Shown here piece by piece: positions 51,281 to 64,000 of a stretch of DNA of 64,000 bases (positions are counted from its first letter, which is position 1; the number at the start of each line of letters is the position of its first letter). The notes under the pieces are model-generated. The model was given only the letters and a program-made list of their open reading frames with translations, made no database searches and was not told the DNA's origin. Made by a program: the position numbers and the translations under genes. Source of the stretch: Squalus acanthias (Eukaryota); assembly GCA_030390025.1 (NCBI GenBank), contig CM059431.1, forward strand, positions 98,644,001-98,708,000, given 5' to 3'.

Positions 51281-51729
51281 AGACAGTTATACTCAGTTAT
51301 ACTCAGTCTGAAGGGCAGAAGGGGTCTCTATACGATTCACTTTTCTCACTGCTGTGGTGACAGTGATCCAAGGTTTTAAACTCCAGCTCTGACCTGGAGT
51401 TAAATAAATGCTCTCCCACCCTGGAGTTTATCACCCACCCTGCATAACACGGCACAAGTTGTCCAAGATTGGCTCTTGGCATGGACCGATAATTGTCACG
51501 AAGCCATTTCTGATGTGATGAATCCTTCGTGCCACGCCGGAGACGGACCAATTGTCTGTTGGTGCCTTCTACAGACTGTGTAAAACTAGGTGCACATACA
51601 CTCTTTCCCTTAAATGAGTATAAACAATGGAAAGTAAGAGTTAACATGAGGACTTGGCACTTGGCAAAGTGCCAGCAACAGCAGACTGATCCGAACATGT
51701 AATAACTGATCAGCAAGGGTTCCACTTAC

Positions 51730-51833
51730 CAATAATTGAATCCCTCCGAAAGACATCTCTGTCAAAAATATAAAACGATAGGTAGCGAAAAGTTCTTGGA
51801 ATTTCACAATAGAAGTCTTCACCATAAAAGGGG
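51730..51833 (-). CDS. RASA3: RASA3 coding exon (about exon 3), C2A domain
   Basis: tttcag acceptor and gtaagt donor; 104 bp; translates [34 protein letters not shown](G), recognised as RASA3. Confidence 0.95.
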
Positions 51834-53409
51834 CTGAAATGAGAGACGGTCTTTGTCAGTTTATTTGCCTACAGTTGTTGGAGAAAATAAAAGCTAGTTT
51901 TCTTTTTAAATCGTCGCTCCGCTACTAAACCTTCGGTTTGCATTCAGTCAAAAAGGTTATTGGGTACGGTGGTGTAGTGGCTACAACACTGGATTAATAA
52001 TCCTGAGAGCGTGAGTTCAAATCCCAACAGGGCAGTTTCAGAATGAGAATTCAGTTTAAAGAAATAAAAAGCCAGGGTCAGTAAAAGTGACCGTGAAGCT
52101 GTCGGGATTGTTGTAAAAACCCAACTGGTTCACTGATGTCCTTTAGGGAAGGAAACCTGCCGTCCTTACCCGGTCTGGGCCTACACGTGACTCCAGGCCC
52201 ACAAGCCTAGCAAGCCACTCAAGGTGTATCAAACTTAGGGCGACTGGGGGATGGGCAATAGATGCCGGCCTTGCCAGTGTCACCCACACTGAGAACAGAT
52301 AAAAGAAAAATAATACAGCGAAAGATGGCTTGCACAGAACTCTGGAGTGAATTGTGTCAATGATAATACTGCAAACAATACAGTAAACAATTTTGAAATG
52401 GTCACTCACTGGAACACTGTGGTTTGAAGGGACAACAGCTGGGAATAATCTCAGCCCCGAGAACTTCAAAGTACGGCAACAAACCTTCCATCTTTGATCC
52501 TTCAAACTCTGAATTACTCCCAGATGCCCCTTTAGGTTGTTCAGCGCCTGCTTTGGCACAGTTAGTGCTTAATAGTGCAAGCAGCGGATTTCACCATGGC
52601 TGGAGACAAACAGCCAGAATGTGCCGTACGGGAATCCCGACAACACGAGGAAAGTGAGGGATGAGAAACAGGTCATTCGGCCCCACAAAACCCACCCCTC
52701 TAAAAGAAAGAAAGACTTGCACTTTCACAACCTCAGGACGTCCCAAAGCGCTTTACAGCCAATGAAGTACTTTTTGAAGTGGAGTCACTGTTGTAATGTA
52801 GGAAATGCGGCAGCTAATTTGCGCACAGCAAGCTCCCACAAACAGCAATGTGATAATGACCAGATAATCTATTTTTAGGTTCTGGTTGAGGGATAAATAT
52901 TGGCCCCAGGACACTGGGGAGAACTCCCCCTGCTCTTCTTCGAAATAGTGGCCATGGGATCTTTAACGACCACCTGAGGGGGCAGACGGGGCCTCGGTTT
53001 AACGCCTCGTCTGAAGGACGTACGAAACAGAGACTGTGGACAAGTGTTGGAGCAGCCCAGCACACCTGTCCCTGTTTCATGGCTGCCAATTTCTTATTCT
53101 TATTCACTCTCGGGATGTGGGCGTCGCTGGCAAGGCTGGCATTTATTGCCCATCCCTAATTGTCCTTGAGAAGGTGGTGGTGGGCCTTCCTCTTCAACAG
53201 CTGGTAGCGGTTGAGATACACCCGAGTGACTTGCTCGGCCACTTCAGAGGGCAGTTAAGAATCAACCACGTTGGTGTGGGACTGGAGTTACATATATGCC
53301 CAGACCGGGTAAGGTTTCCTTCCCTAAAGGACATTAGTGAACCAAGTTGGGTTTTTACGCCAATCCGACAGGTCACCGAACCACATAAGGAGATATTAGG
53401 ACAGGTGAC

Positions 53410-53843
53410 CAACAATGTCCCCACTAAGGTGTGTGCGGCCGTGCAGTAATCTGAAAGATCCCGCACAGGCCGCTCACCGGCTTTTACACTGTGAACACCG
53501 CACAGGCCGCTCACCGGCTTTTACACTGTGAACACCGCGCAGGCCGCTCACCGGCTTTTACACTGTGAACACCGCGCAGGCCGCTCACCGGCTTTTACAC
53601 TGTGAACACCGCGCAGGCCGCTCACCGGCTTTTACACTGTGAACACCGCGCAGGCCGCTCACCGGCTTTTACACTGTGAACACCGCGCAGGCCGCTCACC
53701 GGCTTTTACACTGTGAACACCGCGCAGGCCGCTCACCGGCTTTTACACTGTGAACACCGCGCATGCGCAGAAAAGTAAAGGGACCGCGCATTGAAAGAAA
53801 CAGGCCGCGCAGAACAACACACCTGTTACAGGGAACATTGGTG
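53410..53843. mobile_element. Small TIR element carrying about 8 copies of a 37-bp repeat, inserted in an L2 tail
   Basis: Ends CAACAATGTCCCC / GGGAACATTGGTG; GTGAC(CAA) duplicated on the flanks; repeat unit caggccgctcaccggcttttacactgtgaacaccgcg. Confidence 0.65.
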
Positions 53844-55009
53844 GTGACCAAAAGCTGGGTCGAAGAGGCATATTTTAAGGAGTGTCTCAAAGGAGAAGAG
53901 AGGTAGGAATTTGGTGACAAAAATTGACAAATGTTCAATTTTATTTTACATATATATTTTCATTAAATAATAATTCTGACAAATTCAAGGGCAATTAGGG
54001 ATGGGCAATAAATCCTGGCCTTGCCAGCGACGTCCGAATCAATCAATTAAAAAAAATGTTTTTATTGGAGAACATCAACCTTATAACTGACAGCCTTAAT
54101 CTCGCTGTGCAGCTGTGTAGGAACATAAGAACATAAGAAATAGGAGCAGGAGTCGGCCATTGGGCCCCTCAAGCTTGCTCCGCCATTCAATGAGATCATG
54201 GCTGATCTTCGACCTCATCTCCACTTTCCTGAACTTTCCCCATACCCTTGATTCCCTTAATATTCAAAAATCTTGAATATACTCAACGACTGAGCCTCCA
54301 CAACCCTCTGGGGTAGAGAATTTCAAAGATTCACAACCCTCTGAGTGAAGTCCTAAATGGCCGACCCCTTATTCTGAGACTGTGACCCCTGGTTCTAGAC
54401 TCTCCAGCCAGGGGGAAACATCCTCCCTGCATCTACCCTGTCACATCCTGTAAGAAATTTGTATGTTTCAATGAGATCACCTCTCATTCTTCTAAACTCC
54501 AGAGGACATAGGCCGAGTCTACCTGCCTTTAAATAAAAGGGGGTCAGGTTTGCCAACACTGCTGATAAACACCATCATGCAGCATCGTGCCGGGGGGATG
54601 CTTCAGCTGTTTAGGATGGAAGGAGATAAATCCACAGCACAATTTCTCCCTGTACTGTTAAGATTGGTCCTGCAACTTACAGAGCGAGTGTTCAAGCGTT
54701 GGCTGTTTTGAGGGATGGGGTGAGGGGGGGTGAACGTATTTCGGGAATATTTGTTGCCTGGTCGAGTGCCAGAATGAGGCTTTGTGTCATTCAGCAGTTG
54801 GCATCAATTTGATGTCATGTGACACCAATTCATTAACATTCACCGCAAGGTCCAGTCTGAATCCGAGGGCTGTGAGTGATTCAACAAACCTCACCACTGG
54901 GATCGTACCCACTTCAGAATTTAGAAAAATCTTATTATCACTTGTGTAATTTAAAAAAAATCAGATCAGGGTGGATCATTGATTAATTGATTATCAGCAG
55001 CAATTCCCC

Positions 55010-55846
55010 TCTCTCTGACCCCCCCCCCCCCCACACTCTGCAACCCACAACCCACTCCTCTCCTCCTCCCCCCTCTCTTCACCACCGCCTCCATTCCCTG
55101 CCCCCTCTCCCCACCACACCCTCCCCACGCCACCTGTCCCCGTGCCCCCCTCTCCCAGCACCCCCTCTATCCCCACCACCCCTCTCCCCTCCTTCCACCT
55201 CCCGGCCCCCACCTCTCCCGGCCCCCACCCCTCTCCCCACACCACCTGTCCCCGTGCCCCCCTCTCCCAGCACCCCCTCTATCCCCACCACCCCTCTCCC
55301 CTCCTTCCACCTCCCGGCCCCCACCCCTCTCCCCACACCACCTGTCCCCGTGCCCCCCTCTCCCAGCACCCCCTCTATCCCCACCACCCCTCTCCCCTCC
55401 TTCCACCTCCCGGCCCCCACCTCCCGGCCCCCACCCCTCTCCTCACCCCACCTGTCCCCGTGCCCCCCTCTCCCAGCACCCCCTCTATCCCCACCACCCC
55501 TCTCCCCTCCTTCCCCCTCCCGGCCCCCACCTCTCCTGGCCCCCACCCCACCTGTCCCTGTGCCCCCCTCTCTCAGCCCCACCTCTCTCCCCACTCCACC
55601 TGCCCCCGTGCCCCCCTCTCCCAGCACCCCCTCTATCCCCACCACCCCTCTCCCCTCCTTCCACCTCCCGGCCCCCACCCCTCTCCCCACGTCACCTGTC
55701 CCCGTGCCCCCCTCTCTCAGCACCCCCTCTATCCCCACCACCCCTCTCCCCTCCCCCCACCTCTCCCGGCCCCCACCCCTCTCCCCACGCCACCTGTCCC
55801 CGTGCCCCCCTCTCTCAGCCCCACCTCTCTCCCCACACCCCCTCTC
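55010..55846. repeat. C-rich compound minisatellite
   Basis: Recurring cacctgtccccgtgccccctctcccagcaccccctctatccccacc blocks. Confidence 0.85.
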
Positions 55847-56129
55847 TTCGTCATTAACGATCTTCACAGCCAGTATTGGAAGAGGGAGTAGGGGAGTTCG
55901 CCCAGTGTTCTGGCCAATATTCCTCCCTGAAGCAACCCAACAAAACAAAACAAAACAAAAAGATTAACTGCTCATTCACCTCATCTGCTGTTTGTGGGAT
56001 CTTGCTGTGCACAACTGGCTGCCTCCTTTGCCTAATTAACAGTGACTACACTTCCAAAATAACCTGTTGCATGCGCAGTGCTGCAGGACGTCCTGCGGGC
56101 AGGATAAGTAACTACATCAATGTAGGTTC

Positions 56130-56630
56130 GATAGCAAAATACTGCAGATGCTGGAAATCCGAAATAACAACAGAAAACGCTGGAAAAACTCAGCAGGCCA
56201 GGCAGCATCCGTGGAGAGAGAAACAGAGTAAACGTTTCAGGTCGAAGACCTTTCATTAGAACTGGAGACAGCAGGAAATCAAATAGATTTAAGGCAAGGA
56301 TAAAGCTGGGAAAAGGGGGAGGGGATGAAAGAACAAAAGGAGAGATTAAGAGACATTGAGAGACATTCAAGGCAAGAGGTGGTGTTAATGTGACAGGTTA
56401 AGGCTGAAAGAAGTGTGAAATGCAATGGCAGAATGAAGGACAGCTGCCAGCTTCTAGGAGGGAAAAAAAAAGGGGGGGGCAAATAAAAGGGTGGATGAAA
56501 AAATAAAATATAAATGTGATTGGGGCTGAGGTTATGATCAAAAATTGTTGAACTCGATGTTGAGTCCAGAGGGCTGTAGCGTGCCTAAACAAAAGATGAG
56601 GTGCTGTTCCTCGAGCTTACGCTGCGCTTG
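56130..56630 (-). mobile_element. Penelope-like fragment with degenerate hammerhead (56227-56263)
   Basis: Reverse strand reads AGTT-CTAATGA-AAGGTCTTCGACCT-GAAACGTT-TACT; homologous to 47024-47125; right boundary approximate. Confidence 0.55.
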
Positions 56631-58259
56631 TAATGTAGGTTCTTTCCTTACTCACTCATTATTAGTCATTGTTAGAGGCCGGAAGCTGGAGGCTAAAGCC
56701 CAGAAAGGACAAGCTAACTAAAAACTTCCACAAATGTAGTGCGTTTCCCTGAGCAACACTCCCAACTACCCCCTCCCCCCCGCCCGCCACCCCTCGGCCA
56801 GTTTCTCGGATACTGACTGCTTCGTCTGGTCTCACCCGGCACTGAACACAGGAACAGGAGGAGGCCACTCTGCCCCTCGAGCCTGTTCTACCATTCAATC
56901 AGATCATGGCTGATCTGTATCTTAATTCCATTTCTTCCTTGGTTCCGTAACCCTTAATACCCTTACCCAACAAAAATCTATCAATCTCAGTTTTGAAATT
57001 TTCAATTGCCCCCCAGTCTCGACAGCTTTTTTGGGGGGAGAGAGTTCCAGATTTCCACTCCCTTTGTGTGAAGAAGTGATTCCTGACATCACCCCGGAAC
57101 GGCCTGGCTCTAGTTTTAAGGTTATGGTCACTTGTTTTGGACTCCCCCCACCAGAGGAAATAGTTTTTCTCTATTGACCCTATCAACTCCTTTAAATCAT
57201 CTAAAACACCTCGATCAAATCACCCCTTAATCTTCTACACTCGAGAGGATACAAACCCAGCCTACACAACCTGTCCTCGTAATTTAACCCACTAAGTCCC
57301 ACCGTCGCCGGGGAACAAACTGCGCGGTTGCAACTTGTGGTGGCCTGCGCGGGAGAAATGTCCTGGGGCACTGGGAATCCTGGCAAACGGCCAGTCACCG
57401 TCTCGCTGCAGTTTAAGCCGCATAAATCCTCAGCGGTAACGCACAAAAACTACTCTCAGCAGCTCCTTGTTCAGTTGGCCAGCTCTGTGGGCACTGTAAA
57501 CAAACGTGGGACAATTCCGCTTCGCTACTCAACAGAAAACAAACAAAAAAAACCTCGAATATTTAGTTGGCAGAGCTGAGAAAGTAAAGTCTCTTTATTC
57601 GCTGGTCAAGGGAGACTCTTGTTCAGGCGCTGGCACGGAATTATTTTTTCAGAAGGAGGAGTGACAGACAAAATCCCTGATTTTATTCATTAAAGCTTCT
57701 AAAGCTCACTTGCAAAGATTTGACGTCGGAACAACAAAAGGGCAATGAAGCAAATTAAAAATGCAGAGACTTGAACTGAGCTACTGACTGTAATCGATGT
57801 GTGAGTTTGGCTCGATGAGCTCCATTTCAAGTTGAGATTGGCTGGAAATGCCGATGGTGGGACACTTTCCAAACCTCGCCCTAACTTTCCCAGCGTGGCA
57901 GGTGACAGGAGGGCTCCCGTCTCCATCAGTCGGGGCAACAACAAAGCTGCTTGCGTTGCTCAGTTCCAATTTCTGACTCTGGTTTTCGTGCCTGCTGAAC
58001 TAGTGGGGGTCGGCCATTCAAAATCCCCAATGGCTAAAAGGAAATGAAAAGGATAAAAAGAGAGACATTCTGGGGATAAGATTAGGAATAGACTGAATAT
58101 TGGGCGGATCTTCTTTTGCCAGAGAGCAGTGAGCGTGTGGAATGTGTTGCGGGCTGGTGTGGTGGGTGCTGACTCTCTGCCTTCAAGAGGGAGTTGCATC
58201 GGATCCTGATGGGGGCAGAGATCATAAGAACATAAGAAGTAGGAGCAGGAGGAGGCCAT

Positions 58260-58656
58260 TCAGCCCCTCAAGCCTGCTCCACCCCTCGGCGCCTCGAGCC
58301 TGCTCCGCCATACGGCCCCTCGAGCCTGCTCCGCCCCTCGGCCCCTCGAGCCTGCTCCGCCCCTCGGCCCCTCGAGCCTGCTCCGCCCCTCGAGCCTGCT
58401 CCGCCCCACGGCCCCTCGAGCCTGCTCCGCCCCTCGGCCCCTCGAGCCTGCTCCGCCCCTCGGCCCCTCGAGCCTGCTCCGCCCCTCGGCCCCTCGAGCC
58501 TGCTCCGCCCCTCGGCCCCTCGAGCCTGCTCCGCCCCTCGGCCCCTCGAGCCTGCTCCGCCCCTCGAGCCTGCTCCGCCCCTCGGCCCCTCGAGCCTGCT
58601 CCGCCCCTCGGCGCCTCGAGCCTGCTCCGCCACACGGCCCCTCGAGCCTGCTCCGC
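58260..58656. repeat. 26-bp minisatellite expanded within a CR1 3' UTR
   Basis: Unit ggcccctcgagcctgctccgcccctc; flanks continue as CR1 tail. Confidence 0.88.
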
Positions 58657-60777
58657 CATTCAATAAGATCATGGCTGATCATTGACCTCATCTCCACTTT
58701 CCCGCCCGATCTCCATATCCCTCGATTCTCCTCGAGTCCAAAAATCTATCTACCTCAGCCTTGAATATACTCAAAGACTCAGCATGCACAGCCCTTCTGG
58801 GGTAGAGAATTCCAAAAATTCACAACCCTCCGAGTGAAGAAATTTCTCATCTCAGTGCTAACTGTCCGACCCCTTATTCTGAGACTGTGACCCCTGGTTC
58901 TAGACTCTCCAGCCAGGGGGAAACAACATCTCAGCATTTACCCTGTCAAGCCCTGTAAGAATTTTGTATGTTTCTATGAGATCACCTCTCATTCTTCTAA
59001 ACTCTAGAGAATATAGGCCGAGTCTACTCAATCTGTCCTCATAGGACAATCGCATCATATAGAAGGCAAGTGTCTTTCTAGACAACACTTGGTCCGTGTG
59101 ACCTCCTGGACCGGTTTCGAACACCTGAGGGGGTGAGAGAGGAATTTTCCAGAGTATTTTTTCCTCTAATTGGGCCTGGGTTGTTTCTCTGGGGTTTTTT
59201 GTTTCTCCCAGGAGATTTTATGGCTGCAAGGTGGTAAGGAAGTGTCTAGTCATGATGATGCAGTCATCATGAGTGTGGGAGCAGGCTCAGTGGACCAACT
59301 GGGCTTTTCCTGCTGTCAATTTGGTTGTTTGTGTATAAAAGTTACGATTGAGCTCTCCCGGCACATGGCTGAGTATTGGACATGCTCATCAGGAAATCGA
59401 GCCCGCAGGTCAGTGCATCTGATTCACGGCCCACGCGATTATCTGGTTACTCATTTTCCCGGATGGATATTCTGCACCATGCAAATCAGGCGCACTGACC
59501 TCTTTTACTGAATTCTCAACAAGTACTCCCGTCGGGAGTTGCGAGTTGTAAAATTGATCCCCCCACCATCTCCTTTATTTTTGAATGCTCATTTAAAAAT
59601 TTGGACAAGGGCACAGACATTCCTGGTGTTTGATGGTAACTCTTGCCCCTCACCAAGACCCAACCACCCAGCAACCCATCTGCAAGATGCACTGCAGCAA
59701 CTCGCCAAGGCCTTCTTCGACAGCACCTCGCAAACCTGTGACCTCTACCACCTAGAAGGACAAGGGCAGCAGGCGCATGGGAACACCATCACCTCCAAGT
59801 TCCCCTCCAAGTCACACACACCATCCTGACTTGGAAATATATCGCCGATCCTTCATCGTCGCTGGGTCAAAATCCTGGAACTCCCTCCCTAACAGCACTG
59901 TGGGAGCACCTTCACCACACGGACTGCAGCGGTTCAAGAAGGCGGCTCACCACCACCTTCTCCAGGGCAACTAGGGATGGGCAATAAATGCCGGCCTTGC
60001 CAGAGACGCCCACATCCCAGGAATTAAAAAAAAAAACGTTGCACCTTGGCTCACTGGGTAGCACTTTCCCCTCTGAGTCAGAAGTCGTGGGTTTAAGTCC
60101 CACTCAGGAGACTTCAGTGCATAATCCAGGCTGACACTCCACTGCAGTACTGAGGGAGCGCCGCACTGTCGGAGGGGCAGTACTGAGGGAGCACCGCACT
60201 GTCAGAGGGGCAGTACTGAGGGAACGCTGCACTGTCGGAGGGGCAGTACTGAGGGAGCGCTGCACTGTCGGAGGGGCAGTACTGAGGGAGCGCCGCACTG
60301 TCGGAGGGGCAGTACTGAGGGAGCGCCGCACTGTCGGAGGGGCAGTACTGAGGGAGCGCCGCACTGTCGGAGGGGCAGTACTGAGGGAGCGCCGCACTGT
60401 CGGAGGGGCAGTACTGAGGGAGCGCTGTACTGTCGGAGGGGCAGTACTGAGGGAGCGCTGTACTGTCGGAGGGGCAGATGAGATGTTAAACCAAATTCCC
60501 GTCTGCCCTCTCCGGTAGATGTTAAAGGATCCCATGGCACTATTCGAAGAAGAGCCGGGGAGTTATCCCTGGTGTCCTGGACAATATTTATCCCTCAATC
60601 AACATCACAGAAACAGATTGTCTGGTCATTGCTGTTTGTGGGAGCTTGCTGTGCGCAAATTGTCTGCTGCGATCCCTACATTACAACAGTGACTACATTT
60701 CAATTGTACTTCATTGCTGTAAAGCGCTTTGAGAGGTTGTGAAAGGCGCTGTAGAAATGCAAGTATTTCTTTCTGCT

Positions 60778-63352
60778 AAGAACATAAGAAACAGGAGCAG
60801 GAGTCGGCCAATCGGCCCCTCGAGCCTGCTCCGCCATTCAATAAGATCATGGCTGATCCAATCTTGGCCTCAACACCACTTTCCCTCGCTCCCCATACCC
60901 CTTGACTCCCTTGTAGTTCAAATGTCTGTCAATCTCCGTTTTGAATATATTCAGTGACTCCGCCTCCACAGCTCTCTGGGGTAGAGAATTCCAAAGATTC
61001 ACCACCCTCTGAGAGAAGAAATTCCTCCTCATCTCCGTCTTAAATGGGTGCCCCCTTATCCTGAAACTATGCCCCCTAGTTCTAGATACCCCCACGAGGG
61101 GAAACATCCTCTCAGCATCCACCCTGTCAATCCCCCTCAGAATCTTATATGTTTCAATAAGATCACCTCTCATTCTTCTAAACTCCAATGAGTATAGGCC
61201 CAACCTGCTCAACCTTTCTTCATACGTCAACCTTTTCATCCCAGGAGTCAACCTAGTGAACCTTCGCTGCACTGCCTCCAATGCAAGTATATCCTTCCTT
61301 AAATACGGAGACCAAAACTGTACGCGGTATTCCAGGTTCGGTCTCACCAGCGCCCTGAAAAGTTGCATCAAACCTTCCCTACTTTTATGCTCCATACCCC
61401 TTGCAATAAAAGCCAACATTCCATTAGCCTTCCTAATTACTTGCTGTACCTGCATGCTAACTTTGTGTTTCATGTACGAGGACCCCCAGATCCCTTTATA
61501 CCGCAGCATTTTGTAGTCTCACTCCAATTAAATAATAATTTGCTTTTTCATTCTTCCTTCCACAGTGGATAACCTCACATTTTCCCACATTGTACTCCAT
61601 CTGCCAAGTTTTTGCCCACTCACTTAACCTATCTATATCCCTTTGCAGACTCTTTGCGTCCTCCTCACAACCTGCTAACCCACCTATCTTTGTATCATCA
61701 GCAAATTTGGCTACAGTACACACGGTCCCTTCATCCAACTCATTAATATAGACTGTAAATAGTTGAGGCCTCAGCACTGATCCCTGTGGCACCCCACTAG
61801 TTACTGATTGCCAGCTGGAAAATGACCCATTTATCCCGACTCTCTGTTTTCTGTTAGTTAGCCAATCCCCTATCCATGCCAAAATATTACCCCCAACCCC
61901 GTGCGCTCTTATCTTGTGCAGTAACCTTTTATGTGGCACCTTATCGAATGCCTTCTGGAAATCCAAATACACAACATTTACTGGTTCCCCTTTATCCACC
62001 CTGTTTATTACATCCTCAAAGAACTCTAGCAAATTTGTCAAACACAATTTCCCTTTCATAAAACCATGTTGACTCTGCTTGATTGTCTTATGTTTTTCTA
62101 AATGTCCTGCTATTACCTCCTTAATAATGGATTCCAGCATTTTCCCAATGACAGATGTTAGGCTAACTGGCCTATAGTTTCCTGCTTTCTGTCTCTCTCC
62201 TTTTTTGAATAGTGGCGTTACATTTGCGGTTTTCCAATCCGCGGGGACCTCTCCAGAATCCAGGGAATTTTGGTAGATTACAACCAACGCATCCACTATC
62301 TCTGCAGCCACTTCTTTTAAGACCCTAGGATTCAGGCCATCAGGTCCAGGGGACTTGTCAGCCTTTAGCCCCATTACTTTGCCTAGTACTTTTCCTCTAG
62401 TGATAGAGATTGTTTTAAGTTCCTCCCTCCCTCCCTATAGCCCCTTGATTATCTATTATTATTGGGATGTTTTTAGTGTCTTCTACCGTGAAGACCGATC
62501 CAAAATAATTGTTTGGAGTCTCTGCCATTTCTCCATTTCCCATTATTAATTCCCCAGTCTCATCCTCTAAGGGACCAATGTTTACTTTAGCTACTCTCTT
62601 CCTTTTTATATACCTGTAGAAGCTCTTACTGTCTGTTTTTATATTATTTGCTAGTTTACTCTCATACTCTATCTTCTCCCTCTTTATAATTTTTTTAGTC
62701 ATCCTTTGCTGGTTTCTAAAAATTTCCCAATCCTCTGGCCTACCACTAATCTTTGCAACATTATATGCCTTTTCTTTCAATCTGATACCATCCTTAACTT
62801 CCTTAGTTAGCCATGGATGGTGCATCCTTCTCGTAGAGGCTTTCTTTCTCACTGGAATATACCTTTGCTGAGATTTATGAAATATCTCCTTAAATGTCTG
62901 CCACTGCTGATCTACTGTCTTACCCTTTAATCCATTTTCCCAGTCCACTTTAGCCAACTCTGTCCTCATATCCTTGTAATTGCCTTTATTTAAGTTTAGG
63001 ACACTCATTTCAGACCCAAGTTTCTCACCCTCAAACTGAATTTGAAATTCTACCATGCGATGATCACTCTTTCCTAGGGGATCCTTTACTATGAGATCAT
63101 TAATTAATCCTGTCTCATTACACATTACCAGATCTAAAATAGCCTGCTCCCTGGTTGGTTCTTCAACGTATTGCTCTAAGAAACCATCCCGAATACACTC
63201 TATGAACTCGTCCTCAAGGCTACCTTTGCCAATTTGATTTGTCCAATCTATATGATGATTAAAATCGCCCATGATTATTGCAGTACCTTTCTTACAAGCC
63301 CCCATTATTTCTTGATTTATACTCTGTCCTACAGTATAGCTACTGTTAGGGG
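60778..63352 (-). mobile_element. CR1-clade LINE, 5'-truncated; ORF2 broken by frameshifts
   Basis: Endonuclease motifs IIMGDFN, LDLV, SDH; RT motifs GNYRPVSLTS, YLDFQKAFDKVPH, KFADDTK; CR1 C-terminus RGDLIETYKI..TRGH; short-repeat 3' tail. Confidence 0.92.
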
Positions 63353-64000
63353 CTGTGCCAAAGAAAGCTCTCAAAGAGCTATGGGGCTTTCCCATTCATT
63401 CTAACAGAGGGAAAGTGGTGCAGAGCGTCCGAACTATGCACCCAAATTTTCGATACGATTTCAAACTCCACACCAGGAGACCTAATCGGTAGAATCTGTC
63501 CCACTATCCATGGGTTTAATCGCATCGGGCTGTTAATCAGGTAAAAGCAAGGATTTAAAATGCTGCATCTCACGCGTATTTGAACAGTCAAAAGGTTGAA
63601 ATTGTATATTGCACTGTGTGGCGGGTTCCTGAGCAAATGTGGAAACATTAGCACAATGGACTTTAGTGGTAAAACCACATTAATCCGAGTTTTCAACAGT
63701 TGTTTCCACAAGGAAGACAATCTCAGTCCTAACAAGTCAGGTTATGACCCACTGATACCCACTTAATAACTCCAACTGATCCCAGCCTTAGGTCGCCTCT
63801 CGGCTGGGGCAGAGATCGCATCATGTAGAAGGCAGGTGGGATTACAGCTGACATACGCACGGTCTGGCCTGGACTGGTTCCGATCACCTCTGGGGGTCGG
63901 AGAGGATTTTTCCAGAGTTTTATCCGTCCCTTATCGCCCCTGGCAGATGGAAACCTTGGAGAAACGGTGTAAAAGCCATTTACGAATTTTCTCCAGCTCT

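Noticed and set aside
53460..53762. 37-bp repeats resembling a CRISPR array; also the 33- and 54-bp arrays
   Set aside because: Head-to-tail with no unique spacers, eukaryotic intron context, and no cas genes
51834..64000. Upstream RASA3 exons 1-2
   Set aside because: No matching peptide seen by eye; probably beyond the window end

Overview
Eukaryotic, vertebrate-type genomic DNA. The SINE/LINE repertoire suggests a cartilaginous fish (inference). The window lies inside one minus-strand gene, RASA3 (GAP1IP4BP). Ten coding exons with GT-AG boundaries join in one continuous frame covering C2A (part), C2B and the start of the RasGAP domain, including the TIFRGNS arginine-finger motif. The introns are mostly repeats: Deu-domain (SacSINE1-like) SINEs, a second tRNA-type SINE, CR1 and L2 LINE relics, MITEs, and mini- and microsatellites. 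The most notable part is the 25-kb intron at 26429-51729. It holds two full-length PIF/Harbinger transposons, each with a spliced Myb/SANT gene converging on a DDE transposase; the copy at 39180-43323 looks fully intact. It also holds an older decayed Harbinger with nested insertions, related MITEs, and a Penelope-type palindrome containing a minimal hammerhead ribozyme. Most ORFs in the supplied track are repeat artefacts. No CRISPR array, rRNA or true tRNA gene was seen. Exon numbers follow my recollection of human RASA3.
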